Of a stretch of DNA of 64,000 bases, positions 1 through 12,234 are shown piece after piece; the stretch's first letter is position 1, and each line of letters opens with the position of its first letter. This stretch comes from Azolla caroliniana (Eukaryota; Plantae; Polypodiophyta). The notes beneath the pieces are model-generated. The model saw only the letters and a program-made list of their open reading frames with translations. It had not been told where the DNA came from and ran no database searches. Made by a program: the position numbers and the translations under genes. Location: NCBI GenBank assembly GCA_043228905.1, contig JBHGNT010000015.1:16988001-17052000 (forward strand), in the 5' to 3' direction.

Positions 1-1521
1 TTGTGGTGCTTCACTGGGCCCGTCTCTCATGTCAGTTTGCATGCGTAGGGCATTATTTTTATTGGCCGTGTCGATCCATTCTTTTGCTGCCTGATGGACT
101 TCATCTTGGATTTGCCACTGAGTAGTCTACGCTTTACTCCGGGTAGTGACCGTTTGAACATCGGCCATGATACTGTTCATCGCGGGTGCCTTGCCACGGT
201 TGGTTGTTGGACATTGCGTGGCGTAGTGGCTTGGTTGGTTACATTTAAAACATGTAACGTTGGCCGAGCTGCTGGTGTCTGCTCGGTCTGTGTGTGGAAG
301 TTGCTGTTGTTGATTCTCAGTCTCGTTTGGTGGTGGGTTGTTCTGAGGTGCGTTGGAGTTGCGCTGGTCATTTTGAGGAGCGTCCCGTTGGCGGTTGTCG
401 TTAGGTCTTCTTTTGTTGCGTGTGTTGCGGTTGCCGTTTCGCCGATCAATGCGTGAGTTCCGTCGGTCATATCGGTCATCGCGATCGTCATCATATCGAG
501 CATAATCGTCGTGCCGGTCATCACGATAATGATCACGGCGGTCATCACGTCGGTAGTCGTCGTCTCGGCGCCGTCGATCCGGGGATCGCGGTCGGTCGTT
601 ATCCTGGTCTCGGTAGACATATCGCTCGTCCTGTTGAGAGTATGTATTTCGTGGCTCAATCTGGCGGACCGGTGCCGCCGTTGTGCGGTTCAACATATTA
701 TATTCGCACTGCTCGACCGTGTGAGCTCGAGACTGACAGATCGGACACTGTGGTCGGTGGGGACATTCGAGGGCCAGGTGCCCTGATCCTGAACACGCCA
801 TGCATTGGAGAGCTTGGTGAAAGCGATTGTCCTCTTGGGGAAGAGCATTTTGTAAGGATGTCATCGAGAAGGCTGCACCGTGCTGGGTCCGATCGAGGGC
901 AAGAACCCGCGCTATGACTTGTTCGATAGTATGGTTGGCGAAATTTGTAAGTGCGAGAGTCGTTTGGAGAGGCTCTCGTAAATTGGATAGGAAAGTGTCC
1001 GGTATATGTTGTGCCGAGACATCATCGGCCACTTGTCTGTAGAGATCCTGGAACCGGATCGTGAACTGCGCGACCGTTTCGTGCGGTTCCTGGCATATAG
1101 AGAAGAATTGCCGGAGCAGTTCCCGTTTAGGCACCTCGCGATGAAAAAGTTCAAGGAACTTTGTGCGCACGATTTGGAAAGTGGTGGCCTCTCCTATTTC
1201 GAGGCGAGAGTACCATGGTGCGGCCGGTCCATCGAGGGAGAGTGTGAACTCGGCAATCTTTGAGGCATCGATTTCGGCCGGTGTGAGGCGGTGCGTTGAG
1301 TGGTTGGCCTACCACGTGGATATGAAGGCACAGATGTGTGACTCCGCGTCTGGTCCGTCGGTGTATCGTGGGTATGGGTACGGCATGATGTTGTACTCTG
1401 GGTCTTCTGGTAGCACCGGAAAAGGGTTTAGTTCTGGTTGATTGACCTCCGGAGGGCTCGACGGGGGTTTTGGTGGTGAATCAGTTACTCGCGATCGAGT
1501 GTCCGGTGGCGAGGATTGCAC
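1..1521 (-). pseudogene. gag: gag (three CCHC zinc knuckles), disrupted by in-frame TAG stops
   Basis: ORFs 1309-1521 and 127-1170 are in the same frame and contain CMACSGSGHLALEC, CPICQSRAHTVEQC and CFKCNQPSHYATQC. The stops align with CAG codons in the 32415 copy. Confidence 0.85.
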
Positions 1522-1694
1522 TGGGGAAGCCTCCGATTGCTCGGGAAAGGATTGGTCAGTGACCGCCGAGTCGGAAGTTCCTTCGACTGGCTCAGGGCGT
1601 CGGGCGGGTGGCCGAAACCTCGTGGTGCGAGAGGGCGCCGTAACGGCGGCTGGTGGTTACCTTCAATGAAGTTCGCTGTGCATTGACAGCTGTA

Positions 1695-1707
1695 ACCGGG
1701 CATGCCA
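1695..1707 (-). promoter_or_regulatory. Primer-binding site (tRNA-Arg type)
   Basis: TGGCATGCCCGGT on the minus strand, 5 nt from the LTR end; variant of TGGCACGCCCAGT at 32878. Confidence 0.7.
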
Positions 1708-1712
1708 AATTG

Positions 1713-2169
1713 TGTTACCCGTTCCTTTGGGTGAACACCTTCGATAGATCCGCGGCTATCGGTATTCAAGGGTGTGGTACGTGAAGGCTCGTAACAGAGG
1801 CGTCATGAGAGAGACAATGCTCAGAGATAAAACACTAGCGAGATCTTGATAGGCGTGGGCAGCGCTGAAATCATAGGTATGAATCAAAGCACAGACACAT
1901 GGAGCAAACTGGGCACAAATTAGATATATTACTGCGACAGAAAAAGGATTACAGAACATGGCCTACGGCCGGTGACCTTACAAGATTATCTAGTTACGAG
2001 GGACTCAACTAGTGCTTCCCCTATATTTTTCTTCTCTCTCGCTCTGAAGTACTGGTCCTCGTTTAAATAACGTTTCCCCTAATACACAGCCGAGCTGTCG
2101 GTGGCCCGTGATACTCGGACTCGGCGTTTGCTAATTTCCTAATTTTACATTTCTGTCCTCTGGACAACA
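1713..2169 (-). repeat. 5' LTR (~457 bp) of the window-edge gypsy copy
   Basis: The minus strand reads TGTTGTCCAGAGGACAG...GGGTAACA, matching the LTRs at 32415-32872 and 43022-43479. Confidence 0.9.
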
Positions 2170-2220
2170 CAATTCAAAACCAAGTTGAATCTTCTGTCAT
2201 AGTTGTAGGTACTATAAAAG

Positions 2221-2312
2221 CTAAAGCCGCTACAACTAGCATTGGAGCATTAGAAAAGGGCAAAGAAATGCATGTAAAGATTGAGGAGATGGGCAGGCTG
2301 AAGAGAAACCAG
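2221..2312 (+). pseudogene. Short PLS-class PPR repeat remnant
   Basis: Translates SIGALEKGKEMHVKIEEMGRLKRNQ, resembling the PPR motif LKACGSIGAL.KG.EIH..I. No open ORF surrounds it. Confidence 0.5.
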
Positions 2313-3630
2313 GACATGGGCAAGCTGAAGAGAAACCAGATGCTTCCATTTCGAAAGATAGTTTCCTACAATGTTTTCATTATAGTTCAGTGTTTAAATC
2401 AATGATTACAGGTGATGGAAAGAACATTCCTGTAGGTTTTCACCGTTCTTTGTACTTTTAGACTCTGACTCTTTGTAGTTTTTATTGGTCTACCACGACT
2501 ACAACCTTTATATGGTTGTTAGTGTAATCATTTTGTCATGAATGTAGAAGTTCTACTAATGAAGAATATGTTTTTTTGGTAAAAGAAAAGGGTGGTTGGT
2601 GTTTGCTCACACCTAACCTTCACCTTCAAATCATTAATCCATACAAATTGCATCATCTAATTTGCTTTAAAATCCTCAAAACAAAGAAGGATGTGCATTG
2701 AAAGGGAACCTTAGAAAGGACTAGAATTAGTCATCATTCTTGACTCACACAATGTATATGGACCTACCCAATTAAGAGCACATGAATGATTACTCATTGT
2801 ATCAAATCTTGTGGTTGTAGTCACACTTTTGTACTCTACTAGTATACAATCTATTCTTGTTCTCTTGATTGCATGCTCTTTTGCAAGTATCTATCATTGT
2901 ATTTATAATAGACAATGATAATATATATATGAGGATATGTGGATGCACAAATGAGGGGATGACTAGATTCGAAAAGGATTGAATGAGATGATGATAGGAT
3001 GAATGAGATGCAAATCCTCTAGTAGAACTCAATAAGGTCTTGTATTCCAAGAGTTTATGGAAGGGCTATCTGCTTGAATTAGCTTGTGAAGAGTTCATCA
3101 TCTTGACTAGATGAAGATTGTGATTCAAGAGTTCCACCTTCCATAATTGCACAAACACACTCCTGAAATCATTACTAGAGGAGTACATCATGTCACAACT
3201 ACCAAGTATTAGATGATTGTAAATTTGTAACTGTGTAAAAATATAAGGTTGTAAGGTCTTGGAAAGTTGGAAGGTTTCAAGAGATCACATGCATTGCCAA
3301 TGACTCTTACACAAGCAAGTAAATCCAAGTGTGTAAAAGGGGTTCCCCTGTGGGTATGATCTGAAATCGATGACTGAATCATCTACTCTTGATCTCAAGA
3401 AAATCAACTATGATCTTTAGACATATAATGATTGTTATCCGATGAGAAAAGTGGGACAAGATGTGGAACGAGTCAAAGGGAGCCGAGCACTAATAGTTGA
3501 ACAAAGGGAGCCGAGTATTAAGGAGGAATGATTGTAAAGCACCGAGCATTAATATATACAGAGTGTTTAAAACATAGTGGGGCGGGGGGGGGGGGGGGGG
3601 ATATATATATTGTTTTGGAGAGCTAGAACA

Positions 3631-3764
3631 GAGAGAAAGGGAATGCTGTACTGATAATGATCGATACTTGTATATGTGAATGTTTGCACTATAATGGAGA
3701 GAAAGGGAATGCTGTACTGATAATGATCGATACTTGTATATGTGAATGTTTGCACTATAATGGA
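3631..3764. repeat. Tandem duplication, 2 x 66 bp
   Basis: GAGAGAAAGGGAATGCTGTACTG...GCACTATAATG is repeated at 3631 and 3697. Confidence 0.9.
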
Positions 3765-4420
3765 ATATGCTTTCTTGTGGGCAACTCAAGTGGTTTTCTT
3801 TTAAGTCTAGTAAAGAAGTACTGTTTGTGTAGGAATCGTGGTTCTAGGGTTGGTTGTAGTGAATCCAACATGAATCCTTGTTTGTCGATTGTAGCAAAAT
3901 TGGAGTGGGTAGGCCTGTATAATGTCTGTACATGTCACGAGTGTAGTGTGGTCAATATACTGCATATCGATACAAATAATAGGTACGATTGGGTGCCGTA
4001 ACCCCAATTCCCCTTCGCACCACAATACCTTGATCCTATTACTCAAGAGGAGTGATCGATGGTGTTCCTCTAGGAAGGAGTAACACAATTTGGCATGCTT
4101 GGTTCGAGTTGTAAGTACACAACGAACACATGAAGGAGAAAGACATAGTTGCCGTAACGACGCGTTCGAGGGGAACACACACTCGCTGTTATCCGTATAG
4201 GTGTACGGGAGGGTTAAGGTGTAATGTGTATGAGTGTGTGAGGATGAGTCTGTGTATGGACATGCACAATTATGTGCATGTGTACAAGAATGTGTAACGG
4301 TCTTATTTATAATGGTCATGTAACCGTTATATTGGATGTATTATATAAACCCCTTATGGGGCATGTAATGGATATAGCTTTTGCCCCTCTCATTTTGGTG
4401 TTATTTTGTATTTTCACTTT

Positions 4421-4458
<38 letters not shown>

Positions 4459-5118
4459 TAAGCCCCTTGGGAGGGGTGTGAAGCCATTCTAGGCTTCACC
4501 CCCCACCCATCAACACTTTTGGCACGTCCAAACGGTCTACCCCCCTTGAGAAAAAGTCTCTCTCCCTCACTCTCCCTCTCCATATCTAATCTCTCTATCT
4601 CTCCCTCTCTACGTCTCTATGTCTACATGTATGCACTGTTTCGAACGAAACCTAAAGCCAAGCAACGTTGTGCATGGCCATGGTGCCTGAAGCTCCCACC
4701 CCCTTCCTCATATCAATGAAAGGGTGATAATGGAAATGGCTGATTGTGAAGACTCATCATCCTTCTTCTTACAAGAGCTCCCAGATGTATTAGCGCATCT
4801 TTTCTCTTCTTTGGCGCCCAGGAATCTCTGCAACCTCAGCCTCAGTTAAAGAAGATTCACAATATCTACATGTCAGACAAGCTATTGTGGCCTTAGTGCA
4901 ACATAGCTAGACAAGTAAACAATCTCTCTTCTTCGTCTTCTTGCAAACCTCCTCGTTCTTCTCCATATGTTTCATCTTCTCTTTTACTAGTATTACTAGT
5001 TTCAGCTTTCGAAGGGCCTAAAAATTTCACTCTTGCTTCCTTTTCTCTCTTCATTTTGCGCTCAGTTAGGGTTTGTGATAGAATCTCTGGGTGGTTTTTT
5101 CTGCTTCATTTGCTCACC

Positions 5119-5679
5119 ATGGCCAGGGATGGGCCTGCTATCGGTATCGAGTATCGAGCTTGGTACTACTTACTCCTGCGTTGCTATGTGGCAACATGAT
5201 TGTGTCGAGATAATTGCGAATGAAGCCCTCTTACGTTGCCTTCACTGACATTGAGTGTCTTATTGGTGATGCGGCCAAGAAGCAAGTTGCCATGAACCTT
5301 ATCAATATATTTTCAATGCCAAGAATCTTATTGGTAGTTGATTTTTTGTCCAGAGTGATATCAAGCTGTAGCCTTTCAAGGTTACTTCTGGACCCCATGA
5401 AAAACCTATGATCACCGTACAGTATAAGGGAGAGGAGGAGCTCGCAGGTGAAGAGGTGTCTTCTATGGTTATTGTGAAAATGAAGGAGATTGCTGAGTCT
5501 TTTCTTGGTACTACTATCAAGAATATTGTGGTCATGGTGCCTGCTTACTTCAATGACTCTCAGAGACAAGCCACAAGCGATGACTGGTGTGATTTCTGGT
5601 CTAAATGTAATGAGAATTATCAACGAACCAACTGTTGTAGCTATTGCGTATGGCTTGGACAAGAAGGCCACTAGTGTGA
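5119..5679 (+). pseudogene. HSP70: Cytosolic HSP70 pseudogene, piece 1 (N-terminal ATPase domain)
   Basis: [61 protein letters not shown] and [23 protein letters not shown], with frameshifts, stops and deletions. Confidence 0.93.
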
Positions 5680-6150
5680 TGTTAAGAGTCTATTACTAAT
5701 CAATAGACCAAATCAAGTAAAAAGGAAGAAAATAGATTGGATAGAAGAACCCGTTCCACCCGACCACCCCCGAGCTATGATCTAGACATAGCCAACCTAC
5801 CACCGACGTCCCATACCGCCGGATATTAGGATGACTAATACCTTGGAAGAGATAAACACGATCGTCGAGACGAAAGCCTAGCCCGCACCACCGGTGTCTA
5901 CGACAGCAGCCTTCCGACGTGATCCCTATGAGGGTAGCTAAGCCTCATATTTATACCTTTTCCTAGGCCCCTTGAATAGATGTGCCTTTCTAAAAGGCTC
6001 TCTATTCATTGGTTGTCTAAATCATGATAGTGCATGCACATATCATTCATTCTATCCAATCATTAGTCCCCTTTTTAATAATAGTGAACATACCCTTCAC
6101 TAATGTAAATATTAGTGACCTACCCTCACCAACGTTATGTGTACATAACA
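5680..6150 (-). repeat. 3' LTR of chromovirus (471 bp)
   Basis: Near-identical to 12235-12705 (one substitution seen). The PPT GTAGGGGAGTA is adjacent on the minus strand at 6151-6161. Confidence 0.95.
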
Positions 6151-6157
6151 TACTCCC

Positions 6158-9100
6158 CTACTTCAAAAGATTGCACTCTTGCAATATAAAGTGAGGAAAT
6201 TGTGCCTTAAGCGAATGCTCGCGTTCCCATGTGGCATCATCAATAGGTTTATCCATCCATTTGATCTTGAATAGCCGAATCTCTTTAGAACGTAAACGTT
6301 TAGTACGAGAATCAAGAATTCGTTCAGGAACATGAGGTTTGTAAGAAAAATCCTCTAATGTTACAAGATCTTGGATTGTGATGGTGTTATCACCAGAGCC
6401 TAAAAATGGTTTTAGACGACTGACGTGAAAAACAGGATGAATACCAACGTTACGAGGTAAGGCAAGGTGATAAGCAGATGACCCAACTCGCTTAAGGATT
6501 TCAAATGGGCCACAATATCGTGGGGCTAACTTAGCGCACTTGCCCGTAGATAATGACGTAGAATCAGTCGGGACACGCAAAAAAACTTTTTGACCAATAG
6601 TAAATGCACGAGGACGTCTATCCTGATCAGCATAAAATCGAGCACAATCTTGAGCTGTCTTGACATTTTCTTTGGCAATATGCAACATTTGGTTCATGTC
6701 TTGCAAAAAATTGCGTGTACTGTCTAATGTATCACGATGAATCGTGACATCAACTGGGGCACGTGGCTGAAAACCATACATCAACATAAAAGGACTATAT
6801 CCAGTGGATGTATGTTTAGAGCTATTATAGGCAAATTCTAAGATAGGAAGGTATTGCTCCCACTTAGAAGGGGTTTTTGCTACATAAGCTCGAAGCATGT
6901 TCTCAATAATTTGATTAACTCGTTCAGTTTGTCCATCAGACTGAGGATGATCTGCGGAACTCATGCTCAACGTAGTTTCTAGTTTCTTAAAGACCTGAGT
7001 CCAAAAGTCACTAGTAAACTTGGAATCTTGATCACTAACAATATCCATCGGTAATCCATAAAAACGAAATAACTCATCAACAAATTGATAAGCCAACTGT
7101 TGAGCGGTTACCGTGGTTTTTGTAGGAATAAATCTAGCTAATTTTGTTAGCCTGTCAACGACAACCCATATGGCATCATGACCCCTCTGTGTACGAGGTA
7201 AACTAACAATAAAATCCATCGAGATACTTTCCCATTTATTGTTGGGAATATCTAAGGGATGTAAAAGACCAGCAGCTTTAAGTCGTTCCGACTTATTAAT
7301 CTGACATTGTAAGCATTGAGTTACGTATTTATGCACGTCAGAGCGCATCTTAGGCCAGAAAAAAGTACACGAGATGAGAACGAGTGTGCGTTGTATTCCA
7401 GGATGACCAGCAGATGGTGCATCATGACATTCATGAAAAATTTTCTGTTTAACATTTGGTAAATCTGGAACACAGACCTTTCCACTACGGTAGAGCAAAC
7501 CGTTTGTAATGTGAAAGGTCGCCTTCGAGGGTAGGGTGCTAGTATCGGCATCTAAACCAGATTCGGCTTTCGTCCAGTATTTTGAGAAATAACTGTCATC
7601 AAGGTATTTCCCTCGAAGGTGATCTAAAAGATCAGATTTTATTTCCGTGAAGCTAAGCATGTTAACTTCTTTAATGCGACTAAGAGCATCAGCAACGGTG
7701 TTCATAGAACCCTTGCGATAGCGTATGGAAAAATCAAAATCTTGCATAAGGTCAGCCCAACGGCCTTTACGACCAACAAGATCGGGCTGGTCACAAAAAT
7801 ACTTTAATGATTGATGGTCTGTTGTAACCACAAATTTATTTCCATAGAGATAGTGCCTCCATGTTTTAAGTGCGTGTATCACCGCAAACAACTCTTTCTC
7901 TTGAACCGAATACCGAGATTGAGCAGCATCAAGCTTCTTACTTTCAAAAGCAATAGGGTGACCACCTTGATAAAGAACGGCACCAATAGCATAATCACTA
8001 GCATCGGTTTCAATTGAGAAAGGCTTAGAAGGGTCTGGTAATAGAAGAGTGGGAGCCTGACACACATGCTCCTTGAGTGTCTCAAATGATTTGTCAAGTT
8101 GTTCATTCCATGAAATTGGTTTGACAGACTTATGTGGATGACCTTTTAAAAGGTCAGTTAATGGCGTAGTCAATTTGGAATAGTTACGAATTGATTTTCG
8201 TAAAAATCCAACAAACCCTAAGAATGATCTAAGTTCACGAATATTACGAGGAATGGGCCAAAGTTTAACCTTTTCAATACGAGAAGGTTCAATTTCAACG
8301 CCATTTTCTGTAATTAAATGACCTAGGTACACAATAGATTTTTGGAAGAAGTCACATTTTGAATGTTTTGCATAGAAAGAGTTGTCACGCAACTTTCGCA
8401 AAGCAAATCGAACATGTTGAACATGATCTTGCAAGGTACGGCTATATATCAAAATATCATCCAAGAAGACGACAACAAAATCACCGAGTTGATCTCGGAA
8501 AACATCATTCATCGCTTGTTGGAATGTGGCTGGAGCATTAGTCAACCCAAACGGCATGACTAAAAACTCATAATGGCCATAGCGCGTACGAAAAGCGGTT
8601 TTAGGAATATCATCCTCGGCGATGCGAATCTGATGATAACCAGTTCGTAAGTCAATTTTCGTAAAATATCGAGCCCCGTGCAAACGATCAATCAAATCAT
8701 CGGCACGAGGTAATGGATATGCATTCTTAATTGTCATTTTATTCAAACGGCGATAATTGATACACATTCGCCACGAACCTTCCTTCTTCTTGACTAGTAG
8801 AACTGGCGCACCCCAAGGTGATTTACTATACCTAATGTGGCCCATACTCAAGTATTCCTTAAGTTGTTTAGCGATCTCATGCTCTTCTAATCGACTAAGT
8901 CGGTAAGGTGGAATGCTCACAGGAGCAGCCCCAGGGATGAGTTCAATTTGATGGTCCACATTACGTTTAGGTGGTAAAGTAAGCGGTAATTCAGTAGGAA
9001 ACACATCTTGAAAATCCTCTAAAATAGAGTCGAGTAATCGTTGCTCAAAATGTGGTAATTGTGTGGCGTCAATATTAAAATAATAAAATTGAACCGCAGG

Positions 9101-10561
9101 ATCAATTACACACGAATAAATTAATGAACTAGAATACTCACTTAAAGATTTAGAAGACACAAGTGAATGAGAAGGAAGTTTGGAACATTGAATAAAATGT
9201 TTACAATTATTAAGTTCAAATGTGATTGAGTGATTAACCCAATCAATGGACAAAGAAGGGTTTTTATTAAAAAACCAAGGATATCCTAAAATGACATCTG
9301 CGGATTGTAATTTCATAACATGAAAGTCAAGCTTCTCCAAATAAGTATCTATTTGAATTGGCAGTTGACAAACAATGCCACTGATGTATTGAACGTTTCC
9401 ATTTGCCATGTGAACTTGATAGATATGATCACTTGCGTTTATGTGGAGCTCCATTTGCTGCACAAAGTGATCATTAAGAAAATTGTGAGAACTACCGGAA
9501 TCAAACAAGAAATGTGCTTGTGTTCCATTGATATATCCGACTGCTCGGAGTAAATCATTAGGTCCAAGTAAATGTGAAGGAAAAGTGCATTCACATAAAC
9601 TTAAGTGATTGGTATGAACTTCAACAATATCAAAAGACTCACCTGTGTGACTCGTAGATTTGTCTTGAGGAGGGGTGTTCATTGACTTCCTCTCAAGACG
9701 ACGACAGGTATCCTTTGTGTGGCCCCGCTTCTTGCAATATGCACAGAAGAGGTTCGGTTTCTTTGAGTCGCGGTCAAGAGTGTCACTGGATTGCTTACGT
9801 TTCCCAATGAACTTGACATTCGGAGTTTTGGCGAACTCAGGTTTATTGTGGTCTTTCTTGGAAGTCCTATGGTATCGCAGCACAATGTTGACGGCTTCCT
9901 CGAAAGTTGTGGGGTCCTTGTCATGGACAATCCAATGATAATCCCCATTGGGAATACCATTCAAAAAACAAGCGACAAACCATTTCTCACCCGTAAGTCC
10001 CGATTTTTGGATCTGGGTCCGAGCGTGATGCACATAATCCTCGAGAGAGGTAAATGGCTTACTAGACAATGTGAGCAAGTGTTGCGCTTGTTCGGTTTGA
10101 GAAGGTGGCTGCAAGAATTGTTTCTTAAAAACATCAACGAAACCTTCCCAAGTTGTGGGTAAGTTTTTTGCGGTCCTTAGGCCACGCCACCAAGCAGCAG
10201 CTCGGCCACCTAACTCACGACCGACATAACCAATTTTTACTGCATCGGGCTTGGGATGAAGCTCAAAGTGAGACTCCCAACGACCAAGCCAAGTGCTAAT
10301 GGCCTCCTCGGTTCTTTCTTTCTTATCTCCCTTGAAAGGCGTGACTACGAAGGAAGGTTCACCTTCTTTCTTGGACTCAATAGTTAATTCTTGGAATTTC
10401 TTTTCCAATGCCATATTGGCCTGTCTCATTTCGGCCAATTGATTCAAGGTAGTAGTGAGCAATTGCTCAATAGTGATCTCAGCTTGTGTGCGAGATGCGG
10501 ATTGGGGTTGAGAGGTCTCATTTGGAGAGATCGTTCCAACTGCGTTCAAAACTTGTTCCAT
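6158..10561 (-). CDS. gag-pol: Gag-Pol polyprotein: gag/CCHC, aspartic protease, RT, RNase H, integrase, chromodomain
   Basis: CAYCKKRGHTKDTC; FLFDSGSSHNF; KIDLRTGYHQ..VFLDDILIY; ETDASDYAIGAVL; HHCC plus SMDF..SD..GQTER; C-terminal PERILDSR..KIKW..DATWE chromodomain. Uninterrupted 1467 aa. Confidence 0.96.
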   Translation of the reverse strand: MEQVLNAVGTISPNETSQPQSASRTQAEITIEQLLTTTLNQLAEMRQANMALEKKFQELTIESKKEGEPSFVVTPFKGDKKERTEEAISTWLGRWESHFELHPKPDAVKIGYVGRELGGRAAAWWRGLRTAKNLPTTWEGFVDVFKKQFLQPPSQTEQAQHLLTLSSKPFTSLEDYVHHARTQIQKSGLTGEKWFVACFLNGIPNGDYHWIVHDKDPTTFEEAVNIVLRYHRTSKKDHNKPEFAKTPNVKFIGKRKQSSDTLDRDSKKPNLFCAYCKKRGHTKDTCRRLERKSMNTPPQDKSTSHTGESFDIVEVHTNHLSLCECTFPSHLLGPNDLLRAVGYINGTQAHFLFDSGSSHNFLNDHFVQQMELHINASDHIYQVHMANGNVQYISGIVCQLPIQIDTYLEKLDFHVMKLQSADVILGYPWFFNKNPSLSIDWVNHSITFELNNCKHFIQCSKLPSHSLVSSKSLSEYSSSLIYSCVIDPAVQFYYFNIDATQLPHFEQRLLDSILEDFQDVFPTELPLTLPPKRNVDHQIELIPGAAPVSIPPYRLSRLEEHEIAKQLKEYLSMGHIRYSKSPWGAPVLLVKKKEGSWRMCINYRRLNKMTIKNAYPLPRADDLIDRLHGARYFTKIDLRTGYHQIRIAEDDIPKTAFRTRYGHYEFLVMPFGLTNAPATFQQAMNDVFRDQLGDFVVVFLDDILIYSRTLQDHVQHVRFALRKLRDNSFYAKHSKCDFFQKSIVYLGHLITENGVEIEPSRIEKVKLWPIPRNIRELRSFLGFVGFLRKSIRNYSKLTTPLTDLLKGHPHKSVKPISWNEQLDKSFETLKEHVCQAPTLLLPDPSKPFSIETDASDYAIGAVLYQGGHPIAFESKKLDAAQSRYSVQEKELFAVIHALKTWRHYLYGNKFVVTTDHQSLKYFCDQPDLVGRKGRWADLMQDFDFSIRYRKGSMNTVADALSRIKEVNMLSFTEIKSDLLDHLRGKYLDDSYFSKYWTKAESGLDADTSTLPSKATFHITNGLLYRSGKVCVPDLPNVKQKIFHECHDAPSAGHPGIQRTLVLISCTFFWPKMRSDVHKYVTQCLQCQINKSERLKAAGLLHPLDIPNNKWESISMDFIVSLPRTQRGHDAIWVVVDRLTKLARFIPTKTTVTAQQLAYQFVDELFRFYGLPMDIVSDQDSKFTSDFWTQVFKKLETTLSMSSADHPQSDGQTERVNQIIENMLRAYVAKTPSKWEQYLPILEFAYNSSKHTSTGYSPFMLMYGFQPRAPVDVTIHRDTLDSTRNFLQDMNQMLHIAKENVKTAQDCARFYADQDRRPRAFTIGQKVFLRVPTDSTSLSTGKCAKLAPRYCGPFEILKRVGSSAYHLALPRNVGIHPVFHVSRLKPFLGSGDNTITIQDLVTLEDFSYKPHVPERILDSRTKRLRSKEIRLFKIKWMDKPIDDATWEREHSLKAQFPHFILQECNLLK

Positions 10562-11559
10562 GATGCACGCTGTGGGTATGCAATAAAATAAGGAGGTTCA
10601 GAAAATACACAAGCAAAATGAATGCTTGAAATTTTGATTGAAAGAACTTTATCCAAGAAAGTATCTCATGTCTTTACCCCTCTAGACATATGAGATGTGA
10701 TTCGAGATCCGATAACTATGGTAACACTATGGTGTTTTAAAAACCATGGGGGAAAACATAGCTAAGATGTATTTCTCGGATCTCTATCTTGAGTAATCAT
10801 GGCGGCTCCCTGAGGCTCAACCATGGTTCTTACATCAATGAAATTTCCTAGATAGCCTTATATTAATGCCAACCCATCATGTATTATATGGTCGAGAAAG
10901 TGTATTACGTGAAAAAACAAGTGCACTCACAAGTAATATTCTAGTCTTGCGAGCAATAAGCAAACGTGATGATAAAATGATAAAATAAGGCACTACTCAT
11001 AAGAGTTTAAGTAGTGACGAAAACAAGGGTAAAAAAAAAAGAACCCATGTGTTACCTACGAAAAAAACAATGTCACAAATAAATGGGAAGTGCAAGGTAT
11101 GCACATATACATCTCAATATGATTGTTATAACTTGCACAATTGTGACATAAGCCACAAATTGATACAAGTGATGACGGTGTTGTGCGCAAAGATGTAATA
11201 CTCAAATCCATGAGTAAAACATCAATAAGGGAACTCATATGGTTTTACTCGTTTTCTAAGGCTTGATGATAAGAGTTAAACCTAGATGACCCGTTGAAAA
11301 AAAATCGTTCAACAAGCCACTCCATACGAAAAAAATAGTCTACACGTAAAGGTTACATTAAAATAAACGATGTAAATACTTTATACATGAAAAGGAAGTG
11401 GAAAAAGGAGAGTTAATTGTGGGCGGGTAAATAATAATTACTAGAAAATCATATAAGTGAAACAATACTTATGAAATTAAGATTTAATTAGAATAATCAA
11501 CAATTAGGTGTATGGAATCAAACATGCCATAAGATACGAAACCCTAGGGTAGTTGACAT

Positions 11560-12000
11560 GCACCTCCTCAAGACCACCACATATCCCTAGAATCGGCCAA
11601 GTAATGGCTAATTAAAGAGGAAAGTGGCATAGGTAAGTGACATATACCTCGTCAAGGCCACAACATCCCATAGAATCGGCCAATTGATGGCTTAATAGAG
11701 AGTAGAGTGGCATAGGTAGGCAACATACACCTCGTCAAGGCCACATCATCCCTTAGAATCGGCCAAGTGATGGCTCAATAGAGGGGAAGAGTGGTATACT
11801 CAACATCATATGCAAAACGGCCATGAGATAAGCGTGTGCGATTAGAGCAAACACGCTCGACCAAATGTACAAGAATAATTATTATCGTAAGAGTTCAAGA
11901 GAGGAGAGAGTGGGATATATATCGCAATATGCAAAAGGCCATGAGTTGAGCGTGTGCAATTAGTGCAAACACGCTCGGCCCGATGCATAATAATAAGTAA
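11560..12000. repeat. Degenerate tandem repeats in the chromovirus 5' leader (3 x ~85 bp, 2 x ~120 bp)
   Basis: ACCTCGTCAAGGCCAC...TAGAATCGGCCAA...AGTGGCATA occurs three times; ATATGCAAAA.GGCCATGAG...GCAAACACGCTCG occurs twice. Confidence 0.75.
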
Positions 12001-12221
12001 AATCGTAGCGTAGTAGGAGGTAGAAAGAAAGAGAATAAAACGTAATACCAATTTGATTCGACCATAAAGAACGCATAATAGAAAAAGAGAAGAGATCAAA
12101 AAAGAAGAATACCGGGTTTAGAGTGTTGTTTTGATCCTGAGAAGAGCATGACGAGCCTTGTTAGATCCCCCTCGCTCACACGCAAAAAACATCAAAACAA
12201 CAAAAAAAATTGTTAGTAAAA

Positions 12222-12233
12222 GCTCTGATACCA
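12222..12233 (-). promoter_or_regulatory. PBS (tRNA-iMet)
   Basis: TGGTATCAGAGC on the minus strand, 1 nt from the 5' LTR. Confidence 0.92.
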
Positions 12234-12234
12234 C

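Larger units (their letters stand above)
1..2169 (-). mobile_element. Ty3/gypsy (non-chromovirus) LTR retrotransposon, 5' part; same family as 32415-43479; runs off the window edge
   Basis: The reverse complement is collinear and highly similar to 32415-34580 (LTR, PBS, gag with CCHC knuckles and RD-rich tract). Confidence 0.93.

Noticed and set aside
2700-4400. Possible old minus-strand LTR-element remnant (TGGTGCG.. PBS-like near 4015)
   Set aside because: No paired LTR, TSD or recognisable protein motif.
5680-6150. Possible hammerhead ribozyme (retrozyme-like) in structured LTRs
   Set aside because: I could not find a CUGANGA/GAAA core with flanking stems on either strand.
11560-12000. 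Repeat-spacer-like pattern in the chromovirus leader
   Set aside because: The units are diverged tandem duplications along their whole length, which is common in retroelement UTRs.
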